Below, piece after piece: positions 1-10,650 of a stretch of DNA of 44,292 bases. Both the position numbers and the translations under genes were made by a program. The stretch is from contig PDIP01000081.1 in assembly GCA_002811645.1 (NCBI GenBank), positions 1-44,292 on the forward strand. Direction: 5' to 3'. Each line of letters starts with the position of its first letter. The first letter of the stretch is position 1. Below the pieces are notes generated by a model. That model ran no database searches, was not told the DNA's origin, and saw only the letters and a list, made by a program, of their open reading frames with translations. Source of the DNA: Corallochytrium limacisporum Hawaii (lineage: Eukaryota; Protista; Pluriformea).

Positions 1-132
1 CCCCCCCCCAGAGAGAAGGGGGTGGGGAAACCAGGGAGGAAAGGGCGGGGGATCCGTCGACTAGCGTGCGCGCCCATAGGGGCCACTCCTTACAGCCCAT
101 GACTGGGAGACAGAGGGCGGGGGAACGAAGTA

Positions 133-2547
133 TCATTTCGCCCGCTTCTTGGATCCGTGGCGCTTACCACTGCGCCCACCGGGACCACCCTTACGCTTCT
201 TGCTAGCGGCTTGGCCAGCGTCACTGCGGGAAGACCTTTTGCTCTTTTGACTGCGTTCCCATATGCGGCGATGCTCATCCTCGTCTGCATCAAGCAGATT
301 GGTGTATTCATCTGCATCGGCAAAGACAGCATCTGCAAGAGTCCCGCCTCCTGATGCACCACCATTCTCATCATCTTCATCGTCGGATTCCATGCGTGCA
401 ATAGCCTCAAAATCGATCCCTTCTTCGTCCTCATCAAGGTCACTCATATCCTCCATGTCTGCATAGTCGAAACCATCGTCATCGTCGTCACTATGGTATT
501 GCCCGCTAGGATTTCCTTGGTCCTCATCGAAGATGTCCAGTTCCTTATTCTTGTCCTCAACATCTGTTTTTGACTTCTGCAGTCCCTTTGTGATGTCGTA
601 GAAATGTTTATGAAAGGCGACATCCGCAGGTTGCTCATTGCCGATCTCAGCAATGATGTCCCCCAAGAAAGTCTCTCGCTGCATTGCGGAACCAGTGCGG
701 CCCTTCACCTTCTTGGCTTTCTTCAGCACGAACCGCTCAAGGAACTTGCTGAACGTGAAGTCTTCCAGAGGGTCTGCAGGATATGTTGGTACTTCCATGC
801 GCATAATTTGTGCCATGAACTCCTTGGCGCTTGGGTGCCAATGCCTTGCCATGGGGACAGCCTCCCACATCGCTGTTGAGAGTGCTCCAACATACCGCGG
901 ATTCTGCTTTTCCGGCTGATATAAGGCTGCACTTTCATCTTCCTCGTGATCTTTTCTTTCTGCGCTGCCGTGATTCTCTTCTTTGCGATCAGCGTCGCCG
1001 AAGTGCTCCTCATCGTCATCATGGTTTTCTCCCTTACTCAGCATGACACGGAATGCATCCTTCTCGCCCCCAATCTTACCCAGTAGCAACAGCAGAGCGC
1101 ATACCATGCTGTTGTTCATACAATTGCAACACATCTGGAACAAGCGCTTGCTGTTTGCAGCCACCCGTTCCTTATCAGTGTCAGCAGAGATGGACCGAAG
1201 GATAAGATTCAATGCAACACCGGGCTTTGCCGACTCCAGCAGGCGAAGGTCTCCCAATATGAAGTAGAGAGCCTTAAAGTATCGGTCCGAAAGCTCACTC
1301 GACGATTCCATGGTCATAAACAGGAGACTAAGAGCCTGCACAGCACTATTCCAAGGGCCCTTATAAACGATTTGGTACAATGAGTCCAGTTTGTCGGCAA
1401 AGAGTTCAGAGGCACCTTCTGTGAAGGGGAAGGCGCGCCTCATACCAGTAAGAAGAGCGGCCATCATTTTCTCCTCTACACCGCCTTTTTTCATAAGTGT
1501 TGAGAAGACACTGAGGTACAATGTTACCATACTCCGCGCAAGCAGTGTATCGTCCTTTGACAGCATCACTTGATTCAAGAATGCCATGGCATTGTACTGA
1601 GACCTTTCTGAGATACCAGTACGGGCCAGAAATTCACATACAGATGCAAATACGATGGACTTCATGCCTGGATGCATTTGAATCACCCGTAACAAATTAT
1701 GGGTGCACAAGGAAGAGATTCTTCCGTCGCTATCGCCCAGTTTGTTAACTAAGGCATTCAGAACTGTATGTTCCTGCTCGGGCTTGGAAACGAGCAGCTC
1801 GTACAAGACCTTCACTACTTTTGACCTTACAAGATCCAATGGGTCCTTCGAGATATTTGAAAGGGTCCTCAAGAAGTTGGAGTAGCGTACTTTCAGAGCA
1901 TCCTCAAATGCCCATATGAGAAGAACTTTGTCTGGCAAGGACTTCTCAGTGACCAGCTTCTGCTTCGAAAGCGGCGTCAACTTTCGGTCAGGTAACAAAT
2001 GCGTAATCCACAACTCCTTCAGTGTTTCCAGAACATCAATGGCTCTTCTCTTACCCTTTGCAACCTGGTTGGTCAGAGCGTCCAAGAAATTGAGCCGGTG
2101 GAAAGGACTTTCCTGTACCTGGACAGCCATGGCTGCAATTTTATCACCCGACGTACCGGACTTGATTACACTTTGCATCCATTCGTAATCATGACCCTGG
2201 ACCACCCGTTGATAGTTTTCAAAGGTAGCAATTTCTGTTTCCATAAGTTGTTCAGCTTTTGCGCGTACTTCATGGACGACATTGAAATCTTCAGGCACCT
2301 TGCCGTCTAAAACTGGCACGTCGATCTCGTACCACCTGCCATCCAGTAACAGCAGCTTAGGCTTGCCGCCTTTTGCACCCCTGTGACTAGTCGCAACCTC
2401 CGTATCTTTATCATGCTTAAGCTGATTCAAAAAATTACCAATCGAGCTCTTTAGGTCAGTCTCATTCTCAGGACTCGAGGAGACCTTTGCCACTTCATTA
2501 CGGAAAGCTTGACGGCCCGGCCGGGCCTTCTGAGCTTGCTTTCCCAT
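133..2547 (-). CDS. CEBPZ: Ribosome biogenesis protein NOC1/Mak21 (CEBPZ), CBF/Mak21 domain
   Basis: Intronless 804-aa ORF with NOC1-type segments GTSGDKIAA..QESPFH, KPEQEHTVLNALVNKLGD, YQPEKQNP..WE..HWHPS and DPLEDFTFSKFLERFV; acidic then basic C-terminus. Confidence 0.9.
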   Translation of the reverse strand: MGKQAQKARPGRQAFRNEVAKVSSSPENETDLKSSIGNFLNQLKHDKDTEVATSHRGAKGGKPKLLLLDGRWYEIDVPVLDGKVPEDFNVVHEVRAKAEQLMETEIATFENYQRVVQGHDYEWMQSVIKSGTSGDKIAAMAVQVQESPFHRLNFLDALTNQVAKGKRRAIDVLETLKELWITHLLPDRKLTPLSKQKLVTEKSLPDKVLLIWAFEDALKVRYSNFLRTLSNISKDPLDLVRSKVVKVLYELLVSKPEQEHTVLNALVNKLGDSDGRISSLCTHNLLRVIQMHPGMKSIVFASVCEFLARTGISERSQYNAMAFLNQVMLSKDDTLLARSMVTLYLSVFSTLMKKGGVEEKMMAALLTGMRRAFPFTEGASELFADKLDSLYQIVYKGPWNSAVQALSLLFMTMESSSELSDRYFKALYFILGDLRLLESAKPGVALNLILRSISADTDKERVAANSKRLFQMCCNCMNNSMVCALLLLLGKIGGEKDAFRVMLSKGENHDDDEEHFGDADRKEENHGSAERKDHEEDESAALYQPEKQNPRYVGALSTAMWEAVPMARHWHPSAKEFMAQIMRMEVPTYPADPLEDFTFSKFLERFVLKKAKKVKGRTGSAMQRETFLGDIIAEIGNEQPADVAFHKHFYDITKGLQKSKTDVEDKNKELDIFDEDQGNPSGQYHSDDDDDGFDYADMEDMSDLDEDEEGIDFEAIARMESDDEDDENGGASGGGTLADAVFADADEYTNLLDADEDEHRRIWERSQKSKRSSRSDAGQAASKKRKGGPGGRSGKRHGSKKRAK

Positions 2548-2812
2548 GCTTCACATTTACTGCGCTCTCTGTGACATACTGTTGCACTCAACAAAGCACT
2601 CTGTCTGTAGATCTCATTGCTACATATGAAGACGACGCCCTCAATGATGTGATTTCCAGTGATGCTTCTCACATACCCAGCCCCCATCCACGCGGAGACC
2701 CGCGTTCTCCGCTCTGCGCAAGCTCCCATCCCTCTCCTGCTCAGACCTGCTCCGCGTGTCTCCCCTGCCCCAGGCGCAAGCGACGAGGGCACGAAGAGAA
2801 CCCCTGTGCCCT

Positions 2813-2831
2813 CCCCCCCCCCGGGGGGGGG
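2813..2831. repeat. C10-G9 self-complementary homopolymer pair in the divergent NOC1/RS-protein promoter
   Basis: cccccccccc (2813-2822) directly followed by ggggggggg (2823-2831). Confidence 0.9.
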
Positions 2832-3262
2832 CGCCGGGGCCAGCCAGGGGCACACCTGAGGCAGGCCCGCCACCCAGTAGGGGCGACTCCATTCCGAAAA
2901 TACACGGAGTGCACTGATACAGTGTCCTGGTTCTCAAAACCACTCTTCCACCGTTTGCCGCCCCCCTTCCCTTGCTCTTGGCTCCTGCCGGGTTCCTTCT
3001 CCTGGCCAGGGGAGGCGGCTTTCTCTGGCCTGTGGAACACCTGCCTGTCTCTGTTTTTTTGCCACGACGAATTCAGGAATGAACAGGTGTTTGAACACTG
3101 GACACGGCGTGAACCGAGCCATGTTTTCCATATTAAGTCCATGAAGGTGGAAATAACATTCTTGAGCCAAACGTTGCGAACAGGAGAATGTGATAAAAAA
3201 TTAGCTCATGTGATCAAATTAGTTCGATAGTTTCTTCGAACAGGGATACATATTGATAAACT

Positions 3263-4057
3263 ATGGGAAGTGACGACCTGCGTAGTCGCCTTGGCCAACG
3301 CCAAGGAGGTGGTAACCGAGATAGAAATCGAGGTGGCGACAACCGAAAAGGACGTGGAGGACGAGATAATCGCAGAGGAGGAAGAGATAACCGTCGCGGT
3401 GATAACAGAGGAGGCCAACAAGGCCGACGTCAGAATTTTGACCGATCCAACAACAGAGATCGTGGGGGTTTTCAAAAGGGCCCGAGGAGTCCTCGACCAC
3501 AGACTCGGGACGTTCGCCGAAGCCCAGTGAATGACTCAAGATCGCCGAGTAAAAGCTCCGAGCGTAGTGCGTCTAGACCAGTCGAAAGTCGGAGTCCTAC
3601 ACCAAGTCGTAGCCGTAGTCCTAGTCCATACCGCGGACGTCGTCGGGATTCTCGAAGTCGATCTTACAGCCCAAGCAGAAGTCGAAGCCGCACCCCTGTG
3701 CGAGGCAGGAGCCCTCGTAGTAGAACACCACGCTCAAGAACACCAGAAAGGGAAAATTACAACAGACCCCGAGGCCCATTGCCACCTTTCATGCAGGCTA
3801 TGCAGGGCAATCCAGATGTCGAGGACCTAGTAGAGATCTTGAGATACAAGTCCTACGATGACTATTTGGACTTCATGGAAAGAAGTCTGGGCCGTTCGCA
3901 ATTCTTAACGTACAAGGAAGAAGCAGACAAGGCATTTGATAAATTGAAGCAGCAGAGGGCGGAGATGAAGCGTAGGAAGGAGGCTTATATGGACGATGGA
4001 ATGTCTGAGAAAGAGGCGTCCGCACGAGTGGCCAAAGAGATGAAACAGGCCCGGTAA
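3263..4057 (+). CDS. RGG-box and RS-repeat-rich probable nuclear RNA-binding protein, family unassigned
   Basis: 264-aa ATG ORF: N-terminal DLRSRLG, repeated GG(R/D)NRR boxes, RSPSP/RSRS/RSRTP tract, helical C-terminus (YKSYDDYLDFM). No RRM visible. Confidence 0.75.
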   Translation: MGSDDLRSRLGQRQGGGNRDRNRGGDNRKGRGGRDNRRGGRDNRRGDNRGGQQGRRQNFDRSNNRDRGGFQKGPRSPRPQTRDVRRSPVNDSRSPSKSSERSASRPVESRSPTPSRSRSPSPYRGRRRDSRSRSYSPSRSRSRTPVRGRSPRSRTPRSRTPERENYNRPRGPLPPFMQAMQGNPDVEDLVEILRYKSYDDYLDFMERSLGRSQFLTYKEEADKAFDKLKQQRAEMKRRKEAYMDDGMSEKEASARVAKEMKQAR

Positions 4058-4155
4058 GCTGAAACATGTAGACATGGTAAATCATGAGCTACGATGATGA
4101 ATTTAATACGCAATGTAATGATCCATATATAGATGGGCAGACTGCCCCTTATTTC

Positions 4156-5271
4156 TTAGAATGTTTGGAACGCCTCTCCATGTTCATCTGATAGTGCGAT
4201 AGCGATGGGTTCCTCGGGATACTTATCGTAATTACTGCGATCTCCTTCGCCCTTTACGACAGGTACATAGGGTGCTGGATCAGCTCGGTTATAAATGGCA
4301 GTCCAGTCGATGGTCTTGAACAAGGGATGCCGTTTGATATCCTTCACTCCGCCGCGGAGGTTTCCGTACCGTTTGGTAATGTCGATTTGCAACAGATTCC
4401 GGACCAAATCCCGTGCCTCATTGCTTACATGAGGCGGGTAGCGTATCCGTCCCGCTAAAATCTTCTCGTATATTTTTAGGGGCTGGTCCGCATAAAACGG
4501 TGGATAGCCGCACAACATTTCGTAGAGTAAGATTCCCAATGCCCACCAGTCCACCGCCTGATTGTAACCCTTCGACAAGATGATTTCGGGAGCCAAGTAT
4601 TCCGGAGTCCCGCACAATGTCCATGTGCGATCGGTCACCATTTTTACGAAGCCAAAGTCAGTGATCTTTAGATAGCCATTGGCATCCAAGAGCAAGTTTT
4701 CCGGCTTTAAATCGCGGTACACAAGGTTCAAAGAGTGGAGGTACTCAAAGACCATTGCGACTTGCGCTGTGTAAAACACGACAGTGTCTTGAGGGAGGCG
4801 TCCAGACTGACGCAAGTAAGAGAAAAGTTCACCTCCAGGAATATACTCAAGAACCATGTACAGGTTGGCATTGTCCTTGAAGCTCACCTTGAGGTCAACA
4901 ATGAAAGGAAACTTTAAGCCCTGCAAGAAGTTCTTTTCGTTCAGGGTGTGTTCGACCTGTTTCAATTTGACAACCTTTGACTTCCTCAACACCTTTAGAG
5001 CAACGAATTCGCCGTCGTCACGGTCCTGAGCGAGATAAACCCGTCCGAAGGAGCCCGTTCCCAAGGTAGAGTGCAGTTTAAACGAATCAGCGTTCTTTTT
5101 TGTCGGGATAACCTTGTTAGCATACTGTTTAAAATACTCCAGTCGCTCCTGGTTTGACGCTTCAATAATATCTAAGCTTCCTAGGTCATCCGCGGAAGTT
5201 GGTCGTTTCTGTCCGTCGGCCTTGTTACGGCCGAATCGCATAATAGCTTTCATCGCTCTTTCATTACGCAT
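4156..5271 (-). CDS. PRKAC: cAMP-dependent protein kinase catalytic subunit (PKA-C)
   Basis: [69 protein letters not shown]-terminal FxxF (FQTF). First ATG at 5271; the track's TTG start at 5277 is preceded by an in-frame TGA. Confidence 0.97.
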   Translation of the reverse strand: MRNERAMKAIMRFGRNKADGQKRPTSADDLGSLDIIEASNQERLEYFKQYANKVIPTKKNADSFKLHSTLGTGSFGRVYLAQDRDDGEFVALKVLRKSKVVKLKQVEHTLNEKNFLQGLKFPFIVDLKVSFKDNANLYMVLEYIPGGELFSYLRQSGRLPQDTVVFYTAQVAMVFEYLHSLNLVYRDLKPENLLLDANGYLKITDFGFVKMVTDRTWTLCGTPEYLAPEIILSKGYNQAVDWWALGILLYEMLCGYPPFYADQPLKIYEKILAGRIRYPPHVSNEARDLVRNLLQIDITKRYGNLRGGVKDIKRHPLFKTIDWTAIYNRADPAPYVPVVKGEGDRSNYDKYPEEPIAIALSDEHGEAFQTF

Positions 5272-5751
5272 GTCCAATCAATCTACTCCTCTAACTCTTT
5301 TGGTCCCTGTTTGACTATCTCGCCTGTGGCAGAGTGCCTGGCCACCGCAGAAGAACACTGCTTTGCTGAAACACCGAAAAATCCGTCCGCACAACCACGA
5401 GTAGTCAGAGACGTGTTCGCAAGTCTAGTGTGTTACCAATGTTGATTCCTACCAGGTCTGACTCAAATAAAGTTGCCTGTGGTTTCAAGTACGTCTCCTT
5501 GTGTTGGAGGTTAGGAACAGCTCATACGAGCAACAAAGGAGTCTTGGAAAGCACACTCAGGTGTCTGGGGTCCGCGGTATGAATGGACCGTCGAGGGAAT
5601 ACTTGACGACTGCGTTCGAACATTCTCGCCGCAACGGGATCAATGGGCCCGGGGTATCTTAATGCTCCTTGGGTATCTCTATGGACTGTGTGTATTTTAG
5701 GGACCGACGGGGATAGTGGTCGTTTGACTTTGAGTTGCTGTGGAGTTGAGA

Positions 5752-5758
5752 CTTTATA
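5752..5758 (-). promoter_or_regulatory. Candidate proximal TATA box (TATAAAG) for PKA-C
   Basis: Plus-strand ctttata ~480 nt upstream of the PKA ATG, next to a GC-rich block; same heptamer at 9439-9445 and 20721-20727. Confidence 0.4.
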
Positions 5759-7879
5759 GTGAGCTTTCTCTCTCGTTTATGCGAGCGGCTGGCAAATAAG
5801 GGCAGGCACGGATGTGGAAGGGCGTGCAGGCAGCAGGCCAGGCCAACCCCACACACACAGCAAGTGCTACCGTTTTGGATAGAGCGAATCCAGGGCGAGG
5901 AAAATACGGCCGAGGAAGGGAAGACAGGGGCCTGTTGTTATCGGTGAGCCGCCCCTGTGAATGTTCTGGGAAAACTGCCGTACTCCCAGTAGGGATCAGA
6001 ACCCCTCTCCCCATCGTTAAACCTTTTGGTCCTCGTGCGGTTCTGTGACTCTTTTTCATGGAGTTTCACCGCAGCCCTCGCTGCAAAAATAAAACAGGGA
6101 ATACAAACAGGAAATAAATGGGCCCGTGCGGAACCCGGTTAATGTGACCCAAGCGAGACACAGAGAGACCCAGAAACTCGACAGCGGAGAGAGGAGGAAC
6201 TTTGCCGGCTCTGATCAATACTGTTTCATTTAGTATGAATCCCAACGGTTGGCAAAGCTTCTTGCATGGAAGCCCTGGAAGCGCACCAGCAGCAGCAGGC
6301 TCGGGCTCGGTGAGTTCTAACTGCGCTACCACAAAAGACCTCCTGCTGCCCTTTTCAGACCCAACAAAAAGAAAACCAAAAAGAAGAAAAAAAAATGCAC
6401 TGAACACGATAGGATGATGTGTTTAGCAAGCAGTAAAAGCCCAAGGAAGAATGAACTATTGTATTATAGGCCAGGCCCGCCAGCCCGAGACTTAGATTCT
6501 ACGAGTGCGCGCTGGGGCAGCAAGCAACTAGGGAGATGTGTGCGCTCTGCCATTGATGATGAGAAAAACGTCAGATGGAGGGGCCAAAGGGGTTCCCAAA
6601 GGGGCAGCCACTGTAGATATATGTCCGGTAGTGTGGGCGACATCCATTATTGATAGAAAGAGACAGCAGCTCGACCGGGTGTTGTGGGGTGGTGTGTATG
6701 CCTTTCTCTTGCAGTGCTCTGCAGCGGTTGCCATTCGCCCCCTCCCCCCTTCCCTTCCCTCTCCCTTCTCCCGCCGGAGTGTTTGGTTTGATGCCATTTG
6801 TTCTCTCCCTTTTCCTTTTTTTTTCTCTCCGTATTGGACACGATCGGGGAACAGCTACCATTGTTAGACCATAGGCAGCGGACAGATCCCATCCACCCGC
6901 TCTCTGTGTACACGGATTGGCGATGGATTGGGGCGTTTGAGGAAGCATAGGACCCCAACCCTTTCATTCGCGGGAGGAAACAATGTCCCGAAATGGAGAA
7001 ACCTGTACTGAAAGTAGGGGGCAGGGCGGACATCCAGCAATGGAAAAGAGCTAAGTGTGCGGGCTGTCACCGTTGAGGATCCCTTGGTCCCGATCCAGTG
7101 ACAGGAAGCAACCTGTGGCGCTGGCGGCGATGATTGGTTATTTCACTATGGAGACTGGAGGTCGGCCGGGTGGTCGGACTAGCACTAGAGCAAGGAAACC
7201 GTCTGGAAGAGGACTTTCATTTCTTATGGAAAGAGGTTTCTGTGGTCTCAGATTATCAGTGTGCCAGAACGACGACTGACTTGCGTGCGGTAAAGTTTTA
7301 AACCAAAATGTAGGATCGGATTAAAATACGAGCAAAAGAAAAATGCAACCTGGAGGAACACAGCAAGCAAGCAACGAATCGTGTCCATTACTGTCGAGTG
7401 GTGGTTTTCCTGGCAAAGAATACATATTGTCTTTTTCGCTTGCTGCCAGCGGGAGTATGCAAGCTTCGCATTTCGTGCGGGTGATGGTTAACACCGAAGG
7501 ATGCGGTGAAGCCGCAGATTAGCAACTTTGATACCTGTCGGCTGTCAGACTATGGCCCCGGGTACCAGCGACCGATAGTGAATATATTGATGTCGGTCTG
7601 TTATTGGAGTATGATGGGCACATATCCCACGGGTTGCAATCCTGGCTAACTCCGGCAGGATTCTGGACACACGGGAACTCCACCCGCATCCGGAAGTACG
7701 GTTGACATGTACTGCACAATTGACTATCAATAAATTGGAATTGATGCAAGTCACCACTCCTAGCCGAGGCCCTTACTCGGTCGCTGCTGCCCAATTTCAT
7801 CAAAGCGTAGCGGCATTAGATGGGTGTACCGCTATGTAGTAAGAAAGGGAGCAGTCGATAGTGCTCCTACAAGTGGGTA

Positions 7880-7881
<2 letters not shown>

Positions 7882-7947
<66 letters not shown>

Positions 7948-7971
7948 TGTGTGTGTGTGTGTGTGTGTGTG
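7882..7971. repeat. (TG)n microsatellite, ~45 units with one interruption
   Basis: Directly visible. Confidence 0.98.
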
Positions 7972-8297
7972 ATGCGTGACCAGTTCAGTCAGCCTCTCTC
8001 CACCCCCGCAATTGTTTCTTTTGCCTGGAATTACTCGTAAACGGCCGAAAAAATGACGGCCTGTCAGCAACCTTTATGCCTTAGTCCAAAAGGGTAGATG
8101 AGCAATAGGCTGGGGAATTCCAGGCCATGCTAGCAATACCATTCGATCAGCACGGAGTTGCAAGTGGATGGGGGAAGGAAAGCAAACATTCAATACTAGG
8201 AACTTTCTTTGGACATCCTTATCACATCAATGTGCTGTATTCGATCACTAGGTGACGAGGGCCAAGGTGGGCCCTGAATTCAAGTCCTTTGCAGGAG

Positions 8298-8334
8298 ACA
8301 CACACACACACACACGCACACGCACACACACACA
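8298..8334. repeat. (CA)n microsatellite with two CG substitutions
   Basis: acacacacacacacacacgcacacgcacacacacaca. Confidence 0.95.
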
Positions 8335-9153
8335 GCGACAGCGAGGTCGCTGACAGCAAGGACAGGACTGTGAATTGGCAAACTGCGCTGAGAGCTCTCA
8401 AGCAGCTTTGCTAAAGTATACTTGTGCCGGCACCTCCCCCGCCCACCCTCATTTCTGTGCGGCAGTGATGGTTGGAGTAGTATCCAATTCCTACTCCTGC
8501 CCAGTCCGTGGCGGTAACCGCTATTGCGGTTCTCAGAGTGGGCGATTTTCCGACACTCAAAAATAATCTCCGGTAGTGCACAAAGACAACACGGAGTAGG
8601 GCTCAAATGCGTAGTACGCGGCTCCATGCAAGGTGCCATGGGATCCCCTATGCAGGTGGAACATTGTCCGGTGCAGAGGCTTGCTGCGACTGCGGCTCGA
8701 CGGCAGTGCGTGGTGAACACGGCAAAGATTGGCAGGTGTGAGCAATTTAGCAGGATATCACCAGTACATACTGTGTGCCGTAAACACAAAACTTTTAGCA
8801 GCGCTGTAAACAATACTACTGGATGTGTTGTTGAAATTGTCGGTGTTGCAAAACATTCTTATTGGAGGTTATGATAGCAGTATAAAACTTGCTGTATGCC
8901 TTTGTCCACTACCCACTCTGTGCATCATTGACGCACTCGTGCTTTTTCTTTGGCTGTGCCCAAACCAGAGTCAATGCTATATCTTGCTGGATCGGCCTAA
9001 TCCATCTGGGCCACTTCTCCTCCAACACCATGTCTTAACATGCTTGTGATGCGCAGAAGCACTCCCACACTAGTGACAGTGCATTCAAAGTAGCATACCT
9101 GGCGAAGCTGACCCGCAGAACTGCTGGATACGGTTGTCCAAGTCGAGAATGAT

Positions 9154-9207
9154 TCACCCCGGACACGACCACGACCACAACCCTAGAGAATCTCTTCTGA
9201 TCCCCAT
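9154..9207 (-). other. Putative uORF (MGIRRDSLGLWSWSCPG*) in a putative distal first exon of PKA-C
   Basis: Only minus-strand ATG between the TATAAAG at 9445-9439 and the CAG|GTATGC donor at 9099/9098. Translated by hand; transcription not shown. Confidence 0.3.
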
Positions 9208-9438
9208 CAGAAACGCGGCCACAGCTCAGCCACGGGCGATAGTACACTTTTCCAACCCCCAAGCGGAGAATGAGGCAACGCACGTCAAGTTGCACAATAG
9301 GGTAAAGAGTACAACCCGACACGTTGCCCAAAATTACGCAAACCCCCTTCCGAACTATTTCTGGCTCCACTGTAGATATACCAAGATCTGCAAACTCTTG
9401 CGGACGATAGTCTCCGTCGGTTAGTGTGCCCGTCCACC

Positions 9439-9445
9439 CTTTATA
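9439..9445 (-). promoter_or_regulatory. Candidate distal TATA box (cCTATAAAGGG)
   Basis: Plus-strand ccctttatagg at 9437-9447, pointing towards PKA-C and followed by an ATG-poor ~310-nt stretch and a 5' splice site. Confidence 0.45.
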
Positions 9446-9912
9446 GGAAAACTGTCGCATTTTTGCGGGGTTCTTTTTTTCACGGACTGAAAAGCTTTTG
9501 GCTGCTGCGGCAAAAACCGCCTTCTCTCTCTCCTCTCTGAGCATGCGAACTTCGGAGGAGTGACTCTTGAGTATGTGGAATGCAGGTTGATTAGGAATGA
9601 GGGGGCTGAATGGGACTCGTGATCCTCAGGGTTCCAAACGTTGCGTGTCCAGTCACCCTGTGGGTCTAACGTTTCCCATTCTCTCAGTATGGAGAGAGCG
9701 CTGAATTTCGTTGATCCATGAGAAAACTGGGGCGGGTGAAAGCCAGGCGAAAGGGAGGTGGAGCCAGGGGTGAGATGTATTAGGGAGCCAAGCCACCCCT
9801 TTCCCCAACACCGCGGCATTTGCGAAAAACTATATGCTTCTGTGTCGGTAGTGGGTGTACGGGGGATGTGAGGCTGGGGTGGTTACGTGCCTCCGTCTGT
9901 GATGCAACGAAA

Positions 9913-9939
9913 GGGAAGGGAGGGTAGAGGGGGGGGGGG
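9913..9939 (+). other. G-quadruplex-capable tract
   Basis: GGGaaGGGaGGGtagaG11 matches (G3+N1-7)x4. Confidence 0.7.
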
Positions 9940-10650
9940 AGCTGGCGGGCCAAAAAGGTGGTTTTTCCTTCCTGTGCTGCATTTCTCTCCGTCTGTCTCG
10001 TGTTCCCTACTGCTGAGAACTAGTTGAGCTGGAAGAAAACGGTTTTCGATAGGTACCCGATGTACAGGGCCGGTGGTCATTGGGGGTTCTCTCGCACACG
10101 TCTCCTCTCGCTAGGGGGAGGGGGCCAGGGCGTGTGTCCTGAAAGGCCCCGTGCGACTCTGTGCGTGTGGGGCTAAAAACTCTACCCAGCTGGAGCGGCC
10201 CAAAATAGCTGAGTCCTTTCTACGACCGGGAGATGCAGAGCTCGCACTAATTTCGTTCCTTCAGTGTTTTCTGAACAAATATGATCCTGGGTACGTTGTT
10301 TGGGTACTCAATAGATCAATCTTACACCAAGTTAAAGTGTTTGCACGCGGAAAGCGCGTTTGCGAGAATAGACACAGAATCGGACCGATTTGAGAACCAA
10401 CTGAGACAGCCAGCTGCGGGTTGCGGTTAAGCAAGAGACTTTAAAATTTTTAGACAAGTGATATTAGCTCACCGACGGTCATGTAGCGTTTTGTGACTTT
10501 TCCATAACTTCAACTATAGAGTCCCGACGACCGAAACCTTTGAGTAGAGCGCAAGACTTCTGGCATGATACACTGGTCTTTGCCATAATAGCCCGGGTCA
10601 TTTGGCAGTAAAGATAAGGAACTTGTTCTCGGATATAATTATTGGAAATC

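Noticed and set aside
2487-3230. 247-aa ORF and other ORFs over the NOC1 promoter
   Set aside because: Produced by stop-poor GC-rich DNA and homopolymers (PPPGGG); overlaps the NOC1 start in antisense; no homology.
8280-9544. 177-, 116- and 169-aa ORFs in the long spacer
   Set aside because: Partly translated microsatellite, no domain motifs; the 169-aa ORF runs through the candidate TATA box.
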